From Minisyncoccota bacterium (GTDB lineage: Bacteria; Patescibacteriota; Minisyncoccia; Phycocordibacterales; UBA918): a stretch of 64,000 nucleotides of DNA. The stretch spans positions 95,397-159,396 of the forward strand of contig JBDNIW010000003.1 in NCBI GenBank assembly GCA_041688155.1, given 5' to 3'. A program made the translations under genes and the position numbers. Below, one piece after another: positions 47,307 to 56,768 of the stretch. How positions within the stretch are numbered: the stretch's first letter is position 1; every line of letters starts with the position of its first letter. The notes beneath the pieces were generated by a model, which worked only from the letters and a program-made list of their open reading frames with translations, did no database searches and was not told where the DNA came from.

Positions 47307-48911
47307 ATGTCTTTTGAAGGGAATCATGGCAAGTATAAATATCAAACCGAGGTTTCTGTTGCCCAGCCAGAATCCGACCAGACACGCGTCGAAAACCCTG
47401 AGCTAGACGAAAACCAGGACGATGTGGCACTCGATTCAATCGAGGCGGTCGATGCATTCCACGCTGAGGTAGAAACGTCTGTTACTGAGCGGCTGCAGGC
47501 CGCTGACACGGCTATCGCCGAGCACTCAGTCCTGTCGGGTCAGCTGCAAGAATTTACCGAGTATCTCGAGAGTGTCAGGGTAAAGCTACGGGGCGGGTTT
47601 GCCTTGTCGGAATTGGATCAGGCCCACGTTCAAGAGATATACGAACGACTCATGGACGAGGTAGACGGTTTGACCGAGACAATTGAGGAACCACCGTTTG
47701 ACCCGGAATCGTACATCCACGAGCAGTTTGCTGAGCACCCTTACTTGACAGCTAGCAAACGTCAAAGTGCGTACTCTTTACTACGCGAGTACAAACGAGC
47801 TTTGAAAGAAACCGGTGACCAGGAGGCGCAAGAGTTGGCTGCACAACTAGCGCTTGAAATACAAGAGTTGGTCGACGAATTAGTCGGCAATGATTTGCTG
47901 CCAGAAGAAGGGCAGGGGTCAGATTTAACTAAAAGAAAGGTGGGAACTAAGTTAACCCTAACATCATTAGATGAGGAGCTGCCAACTGTGGCAAAGGAAC
48001 ATACATCTGAGACGACTAATGATCAAGACTCACAATCTATAGCTGGGCACGACTACGTTGACCTGCCGCAGGCTCAAGCAGAATCAGTGCAGCCAGCTTT
48101 AGAACCAGAACCTATAGCTGAAGTAGTTGCTATGCAACCAGCAAAGCAAGCTGAGGTAACACCTAAAAAACTTGGTTTCTTTAAAAAACTAACCAGCCGG
48201 TTTACCCGTAACCGAGAAGCTGACAATCCAAATTATAAACGTCATCTGGCCGAAGTCGCCCACGCTGCCGAGGTCGCGCAAGACGTCGCCGACCTGCGAG
48301 CCATGGCTGCCAGACGGGCAGAGGCGCAGCGACCGTCCCCGCTTATGTTGACGCAAGACATGAGACTACCAAATGAATTATCGCCAGAAGAGCAGCTGCA
48401 GCAAGTAATGGCAGAAAATGGTCAAGACTCGGTAGAATGGGTTGCTAACAAAGAAAATTTCGCACCATTTGAGCCACACAAAACTGAAACTACACCCCAA
48501 TTTACTCCAGCTTCAGTGCAAGAAAAATCCTGGTTGTCTCGAGCTGAACAAATCGATTCCCGACAAGCGCAGCTACAGCTGCTCCGGGCTGTTGGGAATG
48601 TTGAGGCTATCCCTACCGGGTGGTTTGCTTCCAACCTGGACGCTGGCCAAAGTCCATACCAAGTGTTGGGTAATGACAGTTTTGAAGATTTAGCAACCTA
48701 CGCTCAGTCAAATGAAACCCGCACGGAGTGTCGCGCTTGGCTCAAAAGTAATGGTATCGACGAACACGCTTTTTTCAATTGGATGGATCTGTTGCCTGAG
48801 ATGCAAGCCCGTGGAGTGCAAACAGATGGTCAGTCGTTTAAGCAAGTGATTGATACTTTGCTAGAGTTGCGGGCAGCTGAGCAACGTAATACACAGCCAA
48901 CCGCAGAGTAG
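47307..48911 (+). CDS. acidic coiled-coil protein, hypothetical
   Basis: 534 aa, D/E-rich, no recognised domain; 18-nt gap from the ATPase gene. Confidence 0.5.
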   Translation: MSFEGNHGKYKYQTEVSVAQPESDQTRVENPELDENQDDVALDSIEAVDAFHAEVETSVTERLQAADTAIAEHSVLSGQLQEFTEYLESVRVKLRGGFALSELDQAHVQEIYERLMDEVDGLTETIEEPPFDPESYIHEQFAEHPYLTASKRQSAYSLLREYKRALKETGDQEAQELAAQLALEIQELVDELVGNDLLPEEGQGSDLTKRKVGTKLTLTSLDEELPTVAKEHTSETTNDQDSQSIAGHDYVDLPQAQAESVQPALEPEPIAEVVAMQPAKQAEVTPKKLGFFKKLTSRFTRNREADNPNYKRHLAEVAHAAEVAQDVADLRAMAARRAEAQRPSPLMLTQDMRLPNELSPEEQLQQVMAENGQDSVEWVANKENFAPFEPHKTETTPQFTPASVQEKSWLSRAEQIDSRQAQLQLLRAVGNVEAIPTGWFASNLDAGQSPYQVLGNDSFEDLATYAQSNETRTECRAWLKSNGIDEHAFFNWMDLLPEMQARGVQTDGQSFKQVIDTLLELRAAEQRNTQPTAE

Positions 48912-48940
48912 TCAGCGATAAAGGTGGTAGTATAATACAC

Positions 48941-50380
48941 ATGTCTAGTTCTTTGGGTAGGGCGTTCTCATTTGATACACCGCAAGCGGTGATGCATGTT
49001 TTGGCGTCAGTGCGCCACAGCGACGTGTCAGCGCATGATAAAAACAATCTGCGAGATTTGATTTTGTCGTACACTAACGCGGGTAAGGATCCGTCACTCA
49101 AAATCCAGATCGAGCAGCAGCTAGCGCGCCTGGCTATCCAGCCAGCTCCAGTGGCTGCCCCAGTAGACCCAGCCGTACCATTGGAGTTTGGGTCGTATCG
49201 CAGTGCGCCGATTTTTGTCGCGCCGGCCGCCACCCCAGTAATAGCAAAACCAGCAGCTGCTCAGCCGATGGTACCCTCAGCGTATGCTACCCCGGTGGTA
49301 GTGGAAACTCCCCCAACCCCAACCCCAACCTCTGTGCCGGTAGCGGAACTAGTCTTGGCAGCAGAAGCGGTCCAACCAGAGCCCGCATCAATACCAAAAA
49401 CACTTCCAGTAGTAGAGCAAATCCCGATGCCGGTAGTAGACGCAACTGATAGTGTTGCTGCATTAGCTCGGGTCAGAGAAATTAAAGCCCTCGTCAACGA
49501 GAAAATCGGTAACCCAGTGAATCTGGTAGACATCGACAACCAAGTTGGTCGCGAGTACATGTCAGCGCTTTTAGATGCAATGAAAAAACTGAGTTCTGGA
49601 GGCAGCGACGCCGCTACGATTGAACGACTCGAGTTAGCCTACGCTGCCGTTGAGCGCGTATTGGTCAATACTCCAAATAAAGAGGTTGTGCCTCCAACAC
49701 CAACACCAACACCAACTCCAACTCCAACACCAACACCAACACCAACACCAACTTCTCCAGAGGTTAAGCTAGTGGTCCCTGTACCGCCAATGCCGGTCGC
49801 TCCAACACCTCCGCCTCGAGTAGAACCAGAGCCAGTTGTGGCTCCTGCAATTCCAACTAATAAAGTACCTGAACAACCACAAACAGTCCCACCTCAACCA
49901 GCAGTATCAACTCGTACAGCAGCGATACCGATGAAAGATGATCGTTGGCAAGCTGCTTCAGCAGCAATCAAACCAGCTCCAATTCGACCACTGTCAGAAT
50001 CAGTGCCACCACTCAAATCCATTAACGACGTCCCGACCCAGGATTCTTTGACCAACAAAACCGCTGATCCACTTATGGCAGCTGAAGTGACTGACGGTCT
50101 CAACCAACTCCTTACTGACTGGGTTCTATTCAAAAAAAGTGGACTGTTCGGCACCGGTCCCAAAGGCATTGAGCACGCACTTTATAAAAACATTAAAGAC
50201 CTACAGATTCCACTGCTACTGGCTGGTCGATTTGAAGGTGCTACCCAAGAAATCAAACAAAGCATCACTGACTACATGAATGGTTGGCGTTACGAACAAG
50301 GCATCATTTACGAACAAGGTGAGATATTTGATCATTACTTACGACGGGTGATTCGGCACATCCTTGATTTGCAAAAATAA
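48941..50380 (+). CDS. Pro/Thr-rich protein with (PT)9 hexanucleotide repeat linker, hypothetical
   Basis: 479 aa; CCAACA tandem repeats at ~49693-49752 encode PTPTPTPTPTPTPTPTPT. Confidence 0.5.
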   Translation: MSSSLGRAFSFDTPQAVMHVLASVRHSDVSAHDKNNLRDLILSYTNAGKDPSLKIQIEQQLARLAIQPAPVAAPVDPAVPLEFGSYRSAPIFVAPAATPVIAKPAAAQPMVPSAYATPVVVETPPTPTPTSVPVAELVLAAEAVQPEPASIPKTLPVVEQIPMPVVDATDSVAALARVREIKALVNEKIGNPVNLVDIDNQVGREYMSALLDAMKKLSSGGSDAATIERLELAYAAVERVLVNTPNKEVVPPTPTPTPTPTPTPTPTPTPTSPEVKLVVPVPPMPVAPTPPPRVEPEPVVAPAIPTNKVPEQPQTVPPQPAVSTRTAAIPMKDDRWQAASAAIKPAPIRPLSESVPPLKSINDVPTQDSLTNKTADPLMAAEVTDGLNQLLTDWVLFKKSGLFGTGPKGIEHALYKNIKDLQIPLLLAGRFEGATQEIKQSITDYMNGWRYEQGIIYEQGEIFDHYLRRVIRHILDLQK

Positions 50381-50403
50381 GTGACTAGTCGCACAATACT
50401 AAT

Positions 50404-50997
50404 ATGAATCACCACGCCACGCTGTTTCGCAGTTCTCGTCCCCTTGATTTTGGTTATGAGACTAACAGCTCAGTCAGCTTGTTTTCGTTTGAACGACTGG
50501 GTATTGATAATGCGCGGCAGATAGCCGCTGATGCGCAACTCAGGCCAGCGTCAGGCGTGGAGCAGGTGTTTGTGCTGCGAACCTTGTTTGTCACGCACGA
50601 AGCGCAAAACGCACTCCTCAAATTGTTTGAAGAGCCGCCAGCTGGGTTGTCTTTTGTCTTAGTGCTACCCCCAGCTGTACGATTGCTTCCAACATTATTG
50701 TCGCGCATTGGGCTAGAGGTGGTCGAACAACCTGATGTGGTTATTAACCAACCGTGGGTAGACTTTCTCGCCGCCGCTCCAGCTGATCGACTCACTCAGA
50801 TTGATCTCTGGCAAAAAACCAAGGAATCAAACTGGTTGCAAGCAATCACCGCTGGTGTGCATACCATTAGCTATGCCGAGGTGCCTGTAGGGGCTCTACC
50901 GGCGATACAGTTGGTCGGTGAACAACTGGCTACCAGAGGCGCCAGCAATAAAATGCTCCTGGAACATCTGGCGTTGATACTGCCCCTACGAAACTAG
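50404..50997 (+). CDS. holB: DNA polymerase III delta-prime subunit, short form
   Basis: EAQNALLKLFEEPP and LLPTLLSR clamp-loader motifs; only 197 aa. Confidence 0.6.
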   Translation: MNHHATLFRSSRPLDFGYETNSSVSLFSFERLGIDNARQIAADAQLRPASGVEQVFVLRTLFVTHEAQNALLKLFEEPPAGLSFVLVLPPAVRLLPTLLSRIGLEVVEQPDVVINQPWVDFLAAAPADRLTQIDLWQKTKESNWLQAITAGVHTISYAEVPVGALPAIQLVGEQLATRGASNKMLLEHLALILPLRN

Positions 50998-51024
50998 CGA
51001 GCAAAATGCTACACTACACTCATT

Positions 51025-51570
51025 ATGGATTTCAATCACGTTACAACTAAACTCGCAGAGACCCTTGACTGGCTTAAAAAAGAATTCGCTGCGATCCGCA
51101 GTGGGCAATCCTCACCGGCGTTACTCGACGGGGTAAAAGTAGAGAGCTACGGTATGTATATGCCGATGAATCAGGTCGCAACGGTCGGTGTCGAAGACGC
51201 CCGGACGTTGCGGATTTCACCGTTTGACAGCTCCCAAACCCCCGCTATCGAGAAAGCCATCCAGGAAGCCAACCTTGGGGTTTCGCTGGCGAGCGACTCT
51301 GGTGGGGTACGGGTTATTTTCCCTGAACTCACCGCTGATAGGCGAGGACAGCTACAGAAACTAGCCAAAGCCAAACTAGAGGATGCTCGCATCGCCGTGC
51401 GAGCTGTCCGTGACGACGCTATGAAAGCCATCGAAAAAGCCGAAAAATCTGGAGAGATTAGTGAGGACGACAAGTACACCCAAAAAGAACGAGTGCAAAA
51501 AAGTGTTGAATCAACCAACCAGACTCTGGAGTCTCTGTTTGCTACCAAAGAAACCGAACTAGCTGCTTAG
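51025..51570 (+). CDS. frr: ribosome recycling factor
   Basis: 181 aa; RRF family length and sequence. Confidence 0.85.
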   Translation: MDFNHVTTKLAETLDWLKKEFAAIRSGQSSPALLDGVKVESYGMYMPMNQVATVGVEDARTLRISPFDSSQTPAIEKAIQEANLGVSLASDSGGVRVIFPELTADRRGQLQKLAKAKLEDARIAVRAVRDDAMKAIEKAEKSGEISEDDKYTQKERVQKSVESTNQTLESLFATKETELAA

Positions 51571-51574
51571 TGGT

Positions 51575-52795
51575 ATGTCAATTCTACTTTTTTTCGCAGT
51601 TCTGTTTGTGCTGATTCTCGTCCATGAATGGGGACACTTTATTGTCGCCAAGAAAACCGGCATGCGGATAGATGAATTTGGAATTGGGTTTCCGCCCAAA
51701 CTTTTCGGCATCAAACGCGGCGAGACAGAGTACACATTTAATGCCATCCCCATCGGAGGGTTTGTCAGAATTTTCGGTGAAAATGGCGAGGAGCCGTTTT
51801 CTCCGGTCGAGGGCGAAGCGCTCGATCGCCGATCTGAGGCAAATGCCGAAGCAGGCGAAGATGAGGCGCGAGTCTCTACTCACGCTGTTGTCAATGGTGA
51901 TCGAAGTCATAAAGCTTCTACTGTCCGAAAAGGTGACCCGCGTGCTTTTAACAATAGGCCAAAGTGGGCGCAAGCACTGGTGCTCATTGCTGGTGTCGTG
52001 ATGAACATTTTGTTTGCCTGGCTACTATTTGTCATTACGTTTATGGTGGGGGTTCCAACGGCAGTCGATGAGACAACTGCTGGCCCTGAAGCGCAACTGA
52101 TGGTCGCGGGAACACTCGCCGACAGTCCAGCTAGTATGATTCCAGCTGGTGCGGTGGTTACTAACCTCTCAGCGTCGCTCGTGACTAGTGATGAAATCGT
52201 TTCCAATCCGACCCCGAGCACGTTTGCTGATTTTGTAAGCTCTGCTGCACCAGGTGAAGTGGTGATTACTTACGAATTTGACGGTAATCAAAATGAGGCT
52301 CTCGTTACCCCAGTCCAGGGTCTGATTATAGATAACCCCGAACGCTACGCAGTTGGAATTTCTCTAGCACTGATTGAAGTCCAGCGACAATCGTTTGGTG
52401 ATGCTGTTGTCACTGGGACACTAGCAACTGGCAACGGACTGGTGGCTATCACACATGGTTTGTTTACTTTGATTGGTCAGGCCTTCACTGGCACTGCCGA
52501 CTTTACTCAAGTAGCGGGCCCGATTGGTATCGTCGGGATGGTGGGGGACGCCGCAGCGTTTGGTCTGGCAGCACTGCTGACATTCACCGCCATCATTTCA
52601 CTCAACTTGGCTGTGATCAACTTGCTACCATTTCCCGCTCTTGACGGCGGTCGACTGGTGTTTGTTGCTATTGAGTCCATCACCGGCAAGGACATTCCAC
52701 CCGAGTGGGCCGGCCGGATCAACCTGGTTGGCTTTGCGCTATTGTTACTCTTGATGGTGGCAGTGACCTACAACGATATTATAAACCTCCTCTAA
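51575..52795 (+). CDS. rseP: RIP zinc metalloprotease RseP (site-2 protease)
   Basis: HEWGHF zinc motif in the first TM region; PDZ-like middle; C-terminal LDGG motif. Confidence 0.8.
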   Translation: MSILLFFAVLFVLILVHEWGHFIVAKKTGMRIDEFGIGFPPKLFGIKRGETEYTFNAIPIGGFVRIFGENGEEPFSPVEGEALDRRSEANAEAGEDEARVSTHAVVNGDRSHKASTVRKGDPRAFNNRPKWAQALVLIAGVVMNILFAWLLFVITFMVGVPTAVDETTAGPEAQLMVAGTLADSPASMIPAGAVVTNLSASLVTSDEIVSNPTPSTFADFVSSAAPGEVVITYEFDGNQNEALVTPVQGLIIDNPERYAVGISLALIEVQRQSFGDAVVTGTLATGNGLVAITHGLFTLIGQAFTGTADFTQVAGPIGIVGMVGDAAAFGLAALLTFTAIISLNLAVINLLPFPALDGGRLVFVAIESITGKDIPPEWAGRINLVGFALLLLLMVAVTYNDIINLL

Positions 52796-52804
52796 TTAAT
52801 CTAT

Positions 52805-54058
52805 ATGCGACAATCTCAATTATTTACCAAAACTCAAAAAGAGGCCCCAGCTGACGAGGTTGCTAAAAACGCGCAGCTCTTGATTCAGGCTGGCTATATC
52901 TATAAAAACATGGCGGGAGCGTACTCATTTTTACCACTTGGGTTACAAGTGCTTGAAAACATCAACACCATCATCCGGCAAGAAATGAATGCCATCGGTG
53001 GGCAAGAGCTCCATATGCCGTCGCTGCAAGAGGACCGACTGTGGAAACTGAGTGATCGTTGGGATGCTGACAAAGTAGACGTCTGGTTTAAAACCGAGTT
53101 GCAGGCTGGTGGTACTGTTGGGTTGGCCTGGACCCACGAAGAGGTCATCACTGATTTGATGCGCCAATACGTCTCGTCGTACAAAGATCTACCGTTCTCT
53201 GCCTACCAAATCCAAACCAAATTCCGCAACGAAATGCGGGCTAAAAGTGGCATCATGCGTACCCGAGAATTTTTGATGAAAGATTCCTACTCATTTTCAG
53301 CCACTCAAGAACAACACGATGCGTTTTATGAATCCTGCGCAGAGGCGTACATGAAAATCTTTACCCGCCTTGGGATAGGTGCTCAGACGTACAAAACCTT
53401 TGCCTCTGGTGGGGCTTTCTCAAAATTCAGCCACGAATTCCAAACTCTGGCCGAAGCAGGGGAAGACGTGGTGTATGTGAGTGAGGAAAAGGGAATTGCT
53501 GTTAATCAAGAGGTACTAGCCGAAGTCGACCTGGCTGAGTTGGGTGTTACCAAAGAAGAGTTGATAAAGCGAAAAAGTATTGAAGTCGGAAATATTTTCT
53601 CCCTTGGCACTAAGTTCTCCGAAGCAATCGGACTACAGTTCAATGATGAAACTGGCACCAAACAACCAGTCATCATGGGGTCATACGGCATTGGTCCGGC
53701 CCGAGCGATGGGAACAATTGTTGATCTATTGTCTGACGACAAAGGTATTGTCTGGCCGGCATCGGTTGCGCCGTACCAAGTACACTTGGTCGGACTCAAC
53801 ACCGACGACTCATCTATCGTCGATTGGGCTGATGGTATCTATACCGCCCTGAAATCAGCCGGCATCTCTGTTCTCTACGACGACCGAGACGCCCGTCCGG
53901 GAGAAAAGTTTGCCGACAGTGACCTGCTCGGGATGCCATATCGCGTGGTCGCCAGCAAGAAAGGAAAAGAAGCCGGTATGTTTGAAGTAGTCACTCGCGC
54001 TACTGGAGAGGTGCGCAGTCTGACCGAAGAAGAATTATTTGCAGACTTCTCTGTCTAA
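52805..54058 (+). CDS. proS: prolyl-tRNA synthetase, short form without editing insertion
   Basis: N-terminus MRQSQLFTKTQKEAPADEVAKNAQLLIQAGYI parallels E. coli ProS; class II motifs; 417 aa. Confidence 0.8.
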   Translation: MRQSQLFTKTQKEAPADEVAKNAQLLIQAGYIYKNMAGAYSFLPLGLQVLENINTIIRQEMNAIGGQELHMPSLQEDRLWKLSDRWDADKVDVWFKTELQAGGTVGLAWTHEEVITDLMRQYVSSYKDLPFSAYQIQTKFRNEMRAKSGIMRTREFLMKDSYSFSATQEQHDAFYESCAEAYMKIFTRLGIGAQTYKTFASGGAFSKFSHEFQTLAEAGEDVVYVSEEKGIAVNQEVLAEVDLAELGVTKEELIKRKSIEVGNIFSLGTKFSEAIGLQFNDETGTKQPVIMGSYGIGPARAMGTIVDLLSDDKGIVWPASVAPYQVHLVGLNTDDSSIVDWADGIYTALKSAGISVLYDDRDARPGEKFADSDLLGMPYRVVASKKGKEAGMFEVVTRATGEVRSLTEEELFADFSV

Positions 54059-54530
54059 CCGATATCCCTATGTACCGCAGGTTTAGTGCCGGACAATCCT
54101 CCGCCAGCGACCGCCATTGATAGCCCAACACCAGCAAAATACTCCAATCGATTGGAGTATTTTTGTGTTCGTGCTGGTAGGTGGGGTGGTCCTATGGCAA
54201 TAGTTTGGCAAGCCTTTTGGTCGCACGCTCGACTCGCTCTGCCTGCTTACCGTACAAACCAAAAGCTCGTCGTAGTGGTTTGATTCTAATGGTCCAACAG
54301 TTCGTTGATATTGATCAACCAGAACACTGACACTCAGTACAGAACTCTAGTACTGCCACAACGGTCGTTGTTGGCGTGTGCACGCAGAGATGTACGAGTC
54401 GAGTGTTTGGGCTCCAAGACCGTTAGGCTATTGATTACTCAGTCCAACAGCCTCACCCAACAAGCACCCCCAACACTGACAAAAGTACCGCTTTTTTGCT
54501 CCAAACTGTGGCTCGTAGTACAATGGCTTT

Positions 54531-55604
54531 ATGAAAAAAATGTCGCACTATATCAATCGTCTGCTTGCTACTGTGTCTACTGATGTGGCGATTGATCTAG
54601 GGACGGCTAACACGTTGGTGTACGTCAAAGGGAAGGGGATAGTGCTCAACGAACCAACTATTGTAGCCATCAACAAGAAAACTGGGCAGCTCGTGGCGGT
54701 TGGTAATGAGGCCAAAATGATGCAGGGCCGCACGCCACAACACATCGAGGTGATCAGGCCGCTTGTTGATGGAGTAATTTCTGACTTTGAAGTGGCCGAA
54801 GAGATGTTGTCGTACCTCATAAACAAAATCCGCAGCGACATGCGGTCGTTGATTGCACCGCGGATGCTGATTGGGGTGCCGTCTGGAATCACCAACGTAG
54901 AAATGCGGGCTGCCCAAGACGCCGCCAAAAATGCTGGAGCCAGAGAAGTGTTTCTGATTGAAGAGCCAGTTGCAGCCGCCATTGGCGCTAAACTGCCCAT
55001 CCATAAAGCCATCGGCAGCATGATTATTGACATTGGCGGCGGTACCACTGACATCGCGGTGTTGTCACTCAATGGCCTAGTGGTGTCACGGAACCTGCGT
55101 GTGGCGGGTGACCACCTCAACACTGCGATTATGGTATATATGAGGGACCAGTTCAAAATTCAAGTGGGGGAGAAAACTGCTGAGGATGCCAAAGTTGCTC
55201 TGGCGTCAATTGCGCACTCAGACGGTGGTAAAGAAATGGTAGCTCGCGGACGAGATGTGGTGACGGGATTGCCGCGCGAGGTGGTCATTACTGACGCTGA
55301 CGTGCGTGACGCGGTGGCGTCCAAACTAGAAACTATCGTTGACGCCGTGCGCGGTGTGCTCGAAGAAACGCCACCGGAAGTGATGGCTGATATCATGCAG
55401 CGAGGTATCCACTTGGCCGGTGGTGGAGCCTTGATACCAGGGCTTGCGTCATTGCTTGAGCACGCACTCGAGGTACCAGTTATTGTCGTGCCAGACCCTC
55501 TGCGCGCCGTAATTCGCGGGGCTGGGATAGTGGTTGAGGATCTGGAGTTATATAAAGATTTGTTAATTGATCATGCTGATACGTTCGCGCCGCATCTCGG
55601 ATAA
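54531..55604 (+). CDS. mreB: rod shape-determining protein MreB
   Basis: VAIDLGTANTLVYVKGKGIVLNEPTIVAI; followed by mreC, mreD, mrdA. Confidence 0.9.
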   Translation: MKKMSHYINRLLATVSTDVAIDLGTANTLVYVKGKGIVLNEPTIVAINKKTGQLVAVGNEAKMMQGRTPQHIEVIRPLVDGVISDFEVAEEMLSYLINKIRSDMRSLIAPRMLIGVPSGITNVEMRAAQDAAKNAGAREVFLIEEPVAAAIGAKLPIHKAIGSMIIDIGGGTTDIAVLSLNGLVVSRNLRVAGDHLNTAIMVYMRDQFKIQVGEKTAEDAKVALASIAHSDGGKEMVARGRDVVTGLPREVVITDADVRDAVASKLETIVDAVRGVLEETPPEVMADIMQRGIHLAGGGALIPGLASLLEHALEVPVIVVPDPLRAVIRGAGIVVEDLELYKDLLIDHADTFAPHLG

Positions 55605-56520
55605 TAAAAAAATCAAACTTATCCTGGCGGTCGTGGTCGGGCTGTTGGTGTTGGTGCTTATCGTCCCGTTGGCCGTGCGATTGGTTGCTGGGGTGGTGCT
55701 GTATCCGGTGATTCAGGTAGAAAACTGGTTTGCAAAATCGAACCAGGTGTTACCAGCGCTCTGGCGAGACAAAATAGCTATGCAGACCGAGTTGTCGTCG
55801 CTTGAGCAACTGCTTGCCTTAGCTGGCAAGCAGGACCTTACTCAACAGCGATTGCTAGAAGAAAATAACCGCTTGCGGGCGCTACTAGGTGCACCCCAAA
55901 CGAAGCGGACATTGGCGGTAGTTATCGGCAAGCCAGGTGAGTTGCCTTATGACCTGATCCAAATTGACCAGGGTACGACAGCCGGCATAGAAGTCGGTGC
56001 GCCGGTGTATATTGGAACTGACGCCGTGATTGGTATCGTTTCGGCTGTGCAGCGCAACAGTTCATTTGTGACCCTGTTTACCACGCCTGACTTCTTGGCG
56101 ACGGTCTATCTCTCTGGAGCCAATGTGACGGCGACGCTGGAGGGTATTGGTGGCGGCGTGGCGCGAGTCAAGGTGCCCCAGGGGGTGCTGCTGCAGGTGA
56201 ACGACCTGGTGCATATTCCAAGTGTGCAGCCTGGCGTGTACGGTCGAATCGCCTGGGTTGAGAGCGAGCCGACCCAGCCAGAACAGTTCGGCTACATTAC
56301 TCCTGAGATTCCCATCAGTAGTCTGTTCCAGGTATCTGTCGCAACATCAGACAACGTATTCACTGATCGAGATCAAGTTGAAAACAATATCCTCGAAATC
56401 CAAAGGCAACTGCTTGTCATCGAGAATCTCAGTCTCGCAACAACGACCGCAACTACGACTCTGAGGGAGGCTGCAACCACCACTGATAGCACCAACGACA
56501 TAACTATCGATTCACCGTGA
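55567..56520 (+). CDS. mreC: rod shape-determining protein MreC
   Basis: N-terminal TM, coiled coil, beta-rich C-terminal domain; position after mreB. Confidence 0.7.
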   Translation: MIMLIRSRRISDNKKIKLILAVVVGLLVLVLIVPLAVRLVAGVVLYPVIQVENWFAKSNQVLPALWRDKIAMQTELSSLEQLLALAGKQDLTQQRLLEENNRLRALLGAPQTKRTLAVVIGKPGELPYDLIQIDQGTTAGIEVGAPVYIGTDAVIGIVSAVQRNSSFVTLFTTPDFLATVYLSGANVTATLEGIGGGVARVKVPQGVLLQVNDLVHIPSVQPGVYGRIAWVESEPTQPEQFGYITPEIPISSLFQVSVATSDNVFTDRDQVENNILEIQRQLLVIENLSLATTTATTTLREAATTTDSTNDITIDSP

Positions 56521-56768
56521 TCCCCCTACTACTGTTGGTACTATTCGTCATTGCTATCCTCAACAGCTGGGCGTTCTTGATTGTCGGTGTTGCGACAGTG
56601 TTTGCCTATCGCTTCAATGCCGTATGGTTGTTTGTGGTTGGGGTGCTATGCGATGCGTATTTTGGAGCATTTGCTGCGGTTCCAGTCTATAGCCTGACGC
56701 TCGGAGCGTTTGCCTTGTTGGTCGAGGTACTCAAGTTGCGCCTAGTTGGGGTACAATCAACGGTATGA
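56517..56768 (+). CDS. mreD: rod shape-determining protein MreD (small)
   Basis: 83-aa polytopic membrane protein between mreC and mrdA. Confidence 0.55.
   Translation: MIPLLLLVLFVIAILNSWAFLIVGVATVFAYRFNAVWLFVVGVLCDAYFGAFAAVPVYSLTLGAFALLVEVLKLRLVGVQSTV

Noticed and set aside
54059-54530. Possible small minus-strand gene (…LRRAFGLYGKQAERVERATKRLAKLLP) or ncRNA in the proS-mreB gap
   Set aside because: No ATG/GTG/TTG start in frame after the upstream TGA and no recognisable family; the track ORFs (54086-54283, 54305-54583) lack motifs. Left unannotated.
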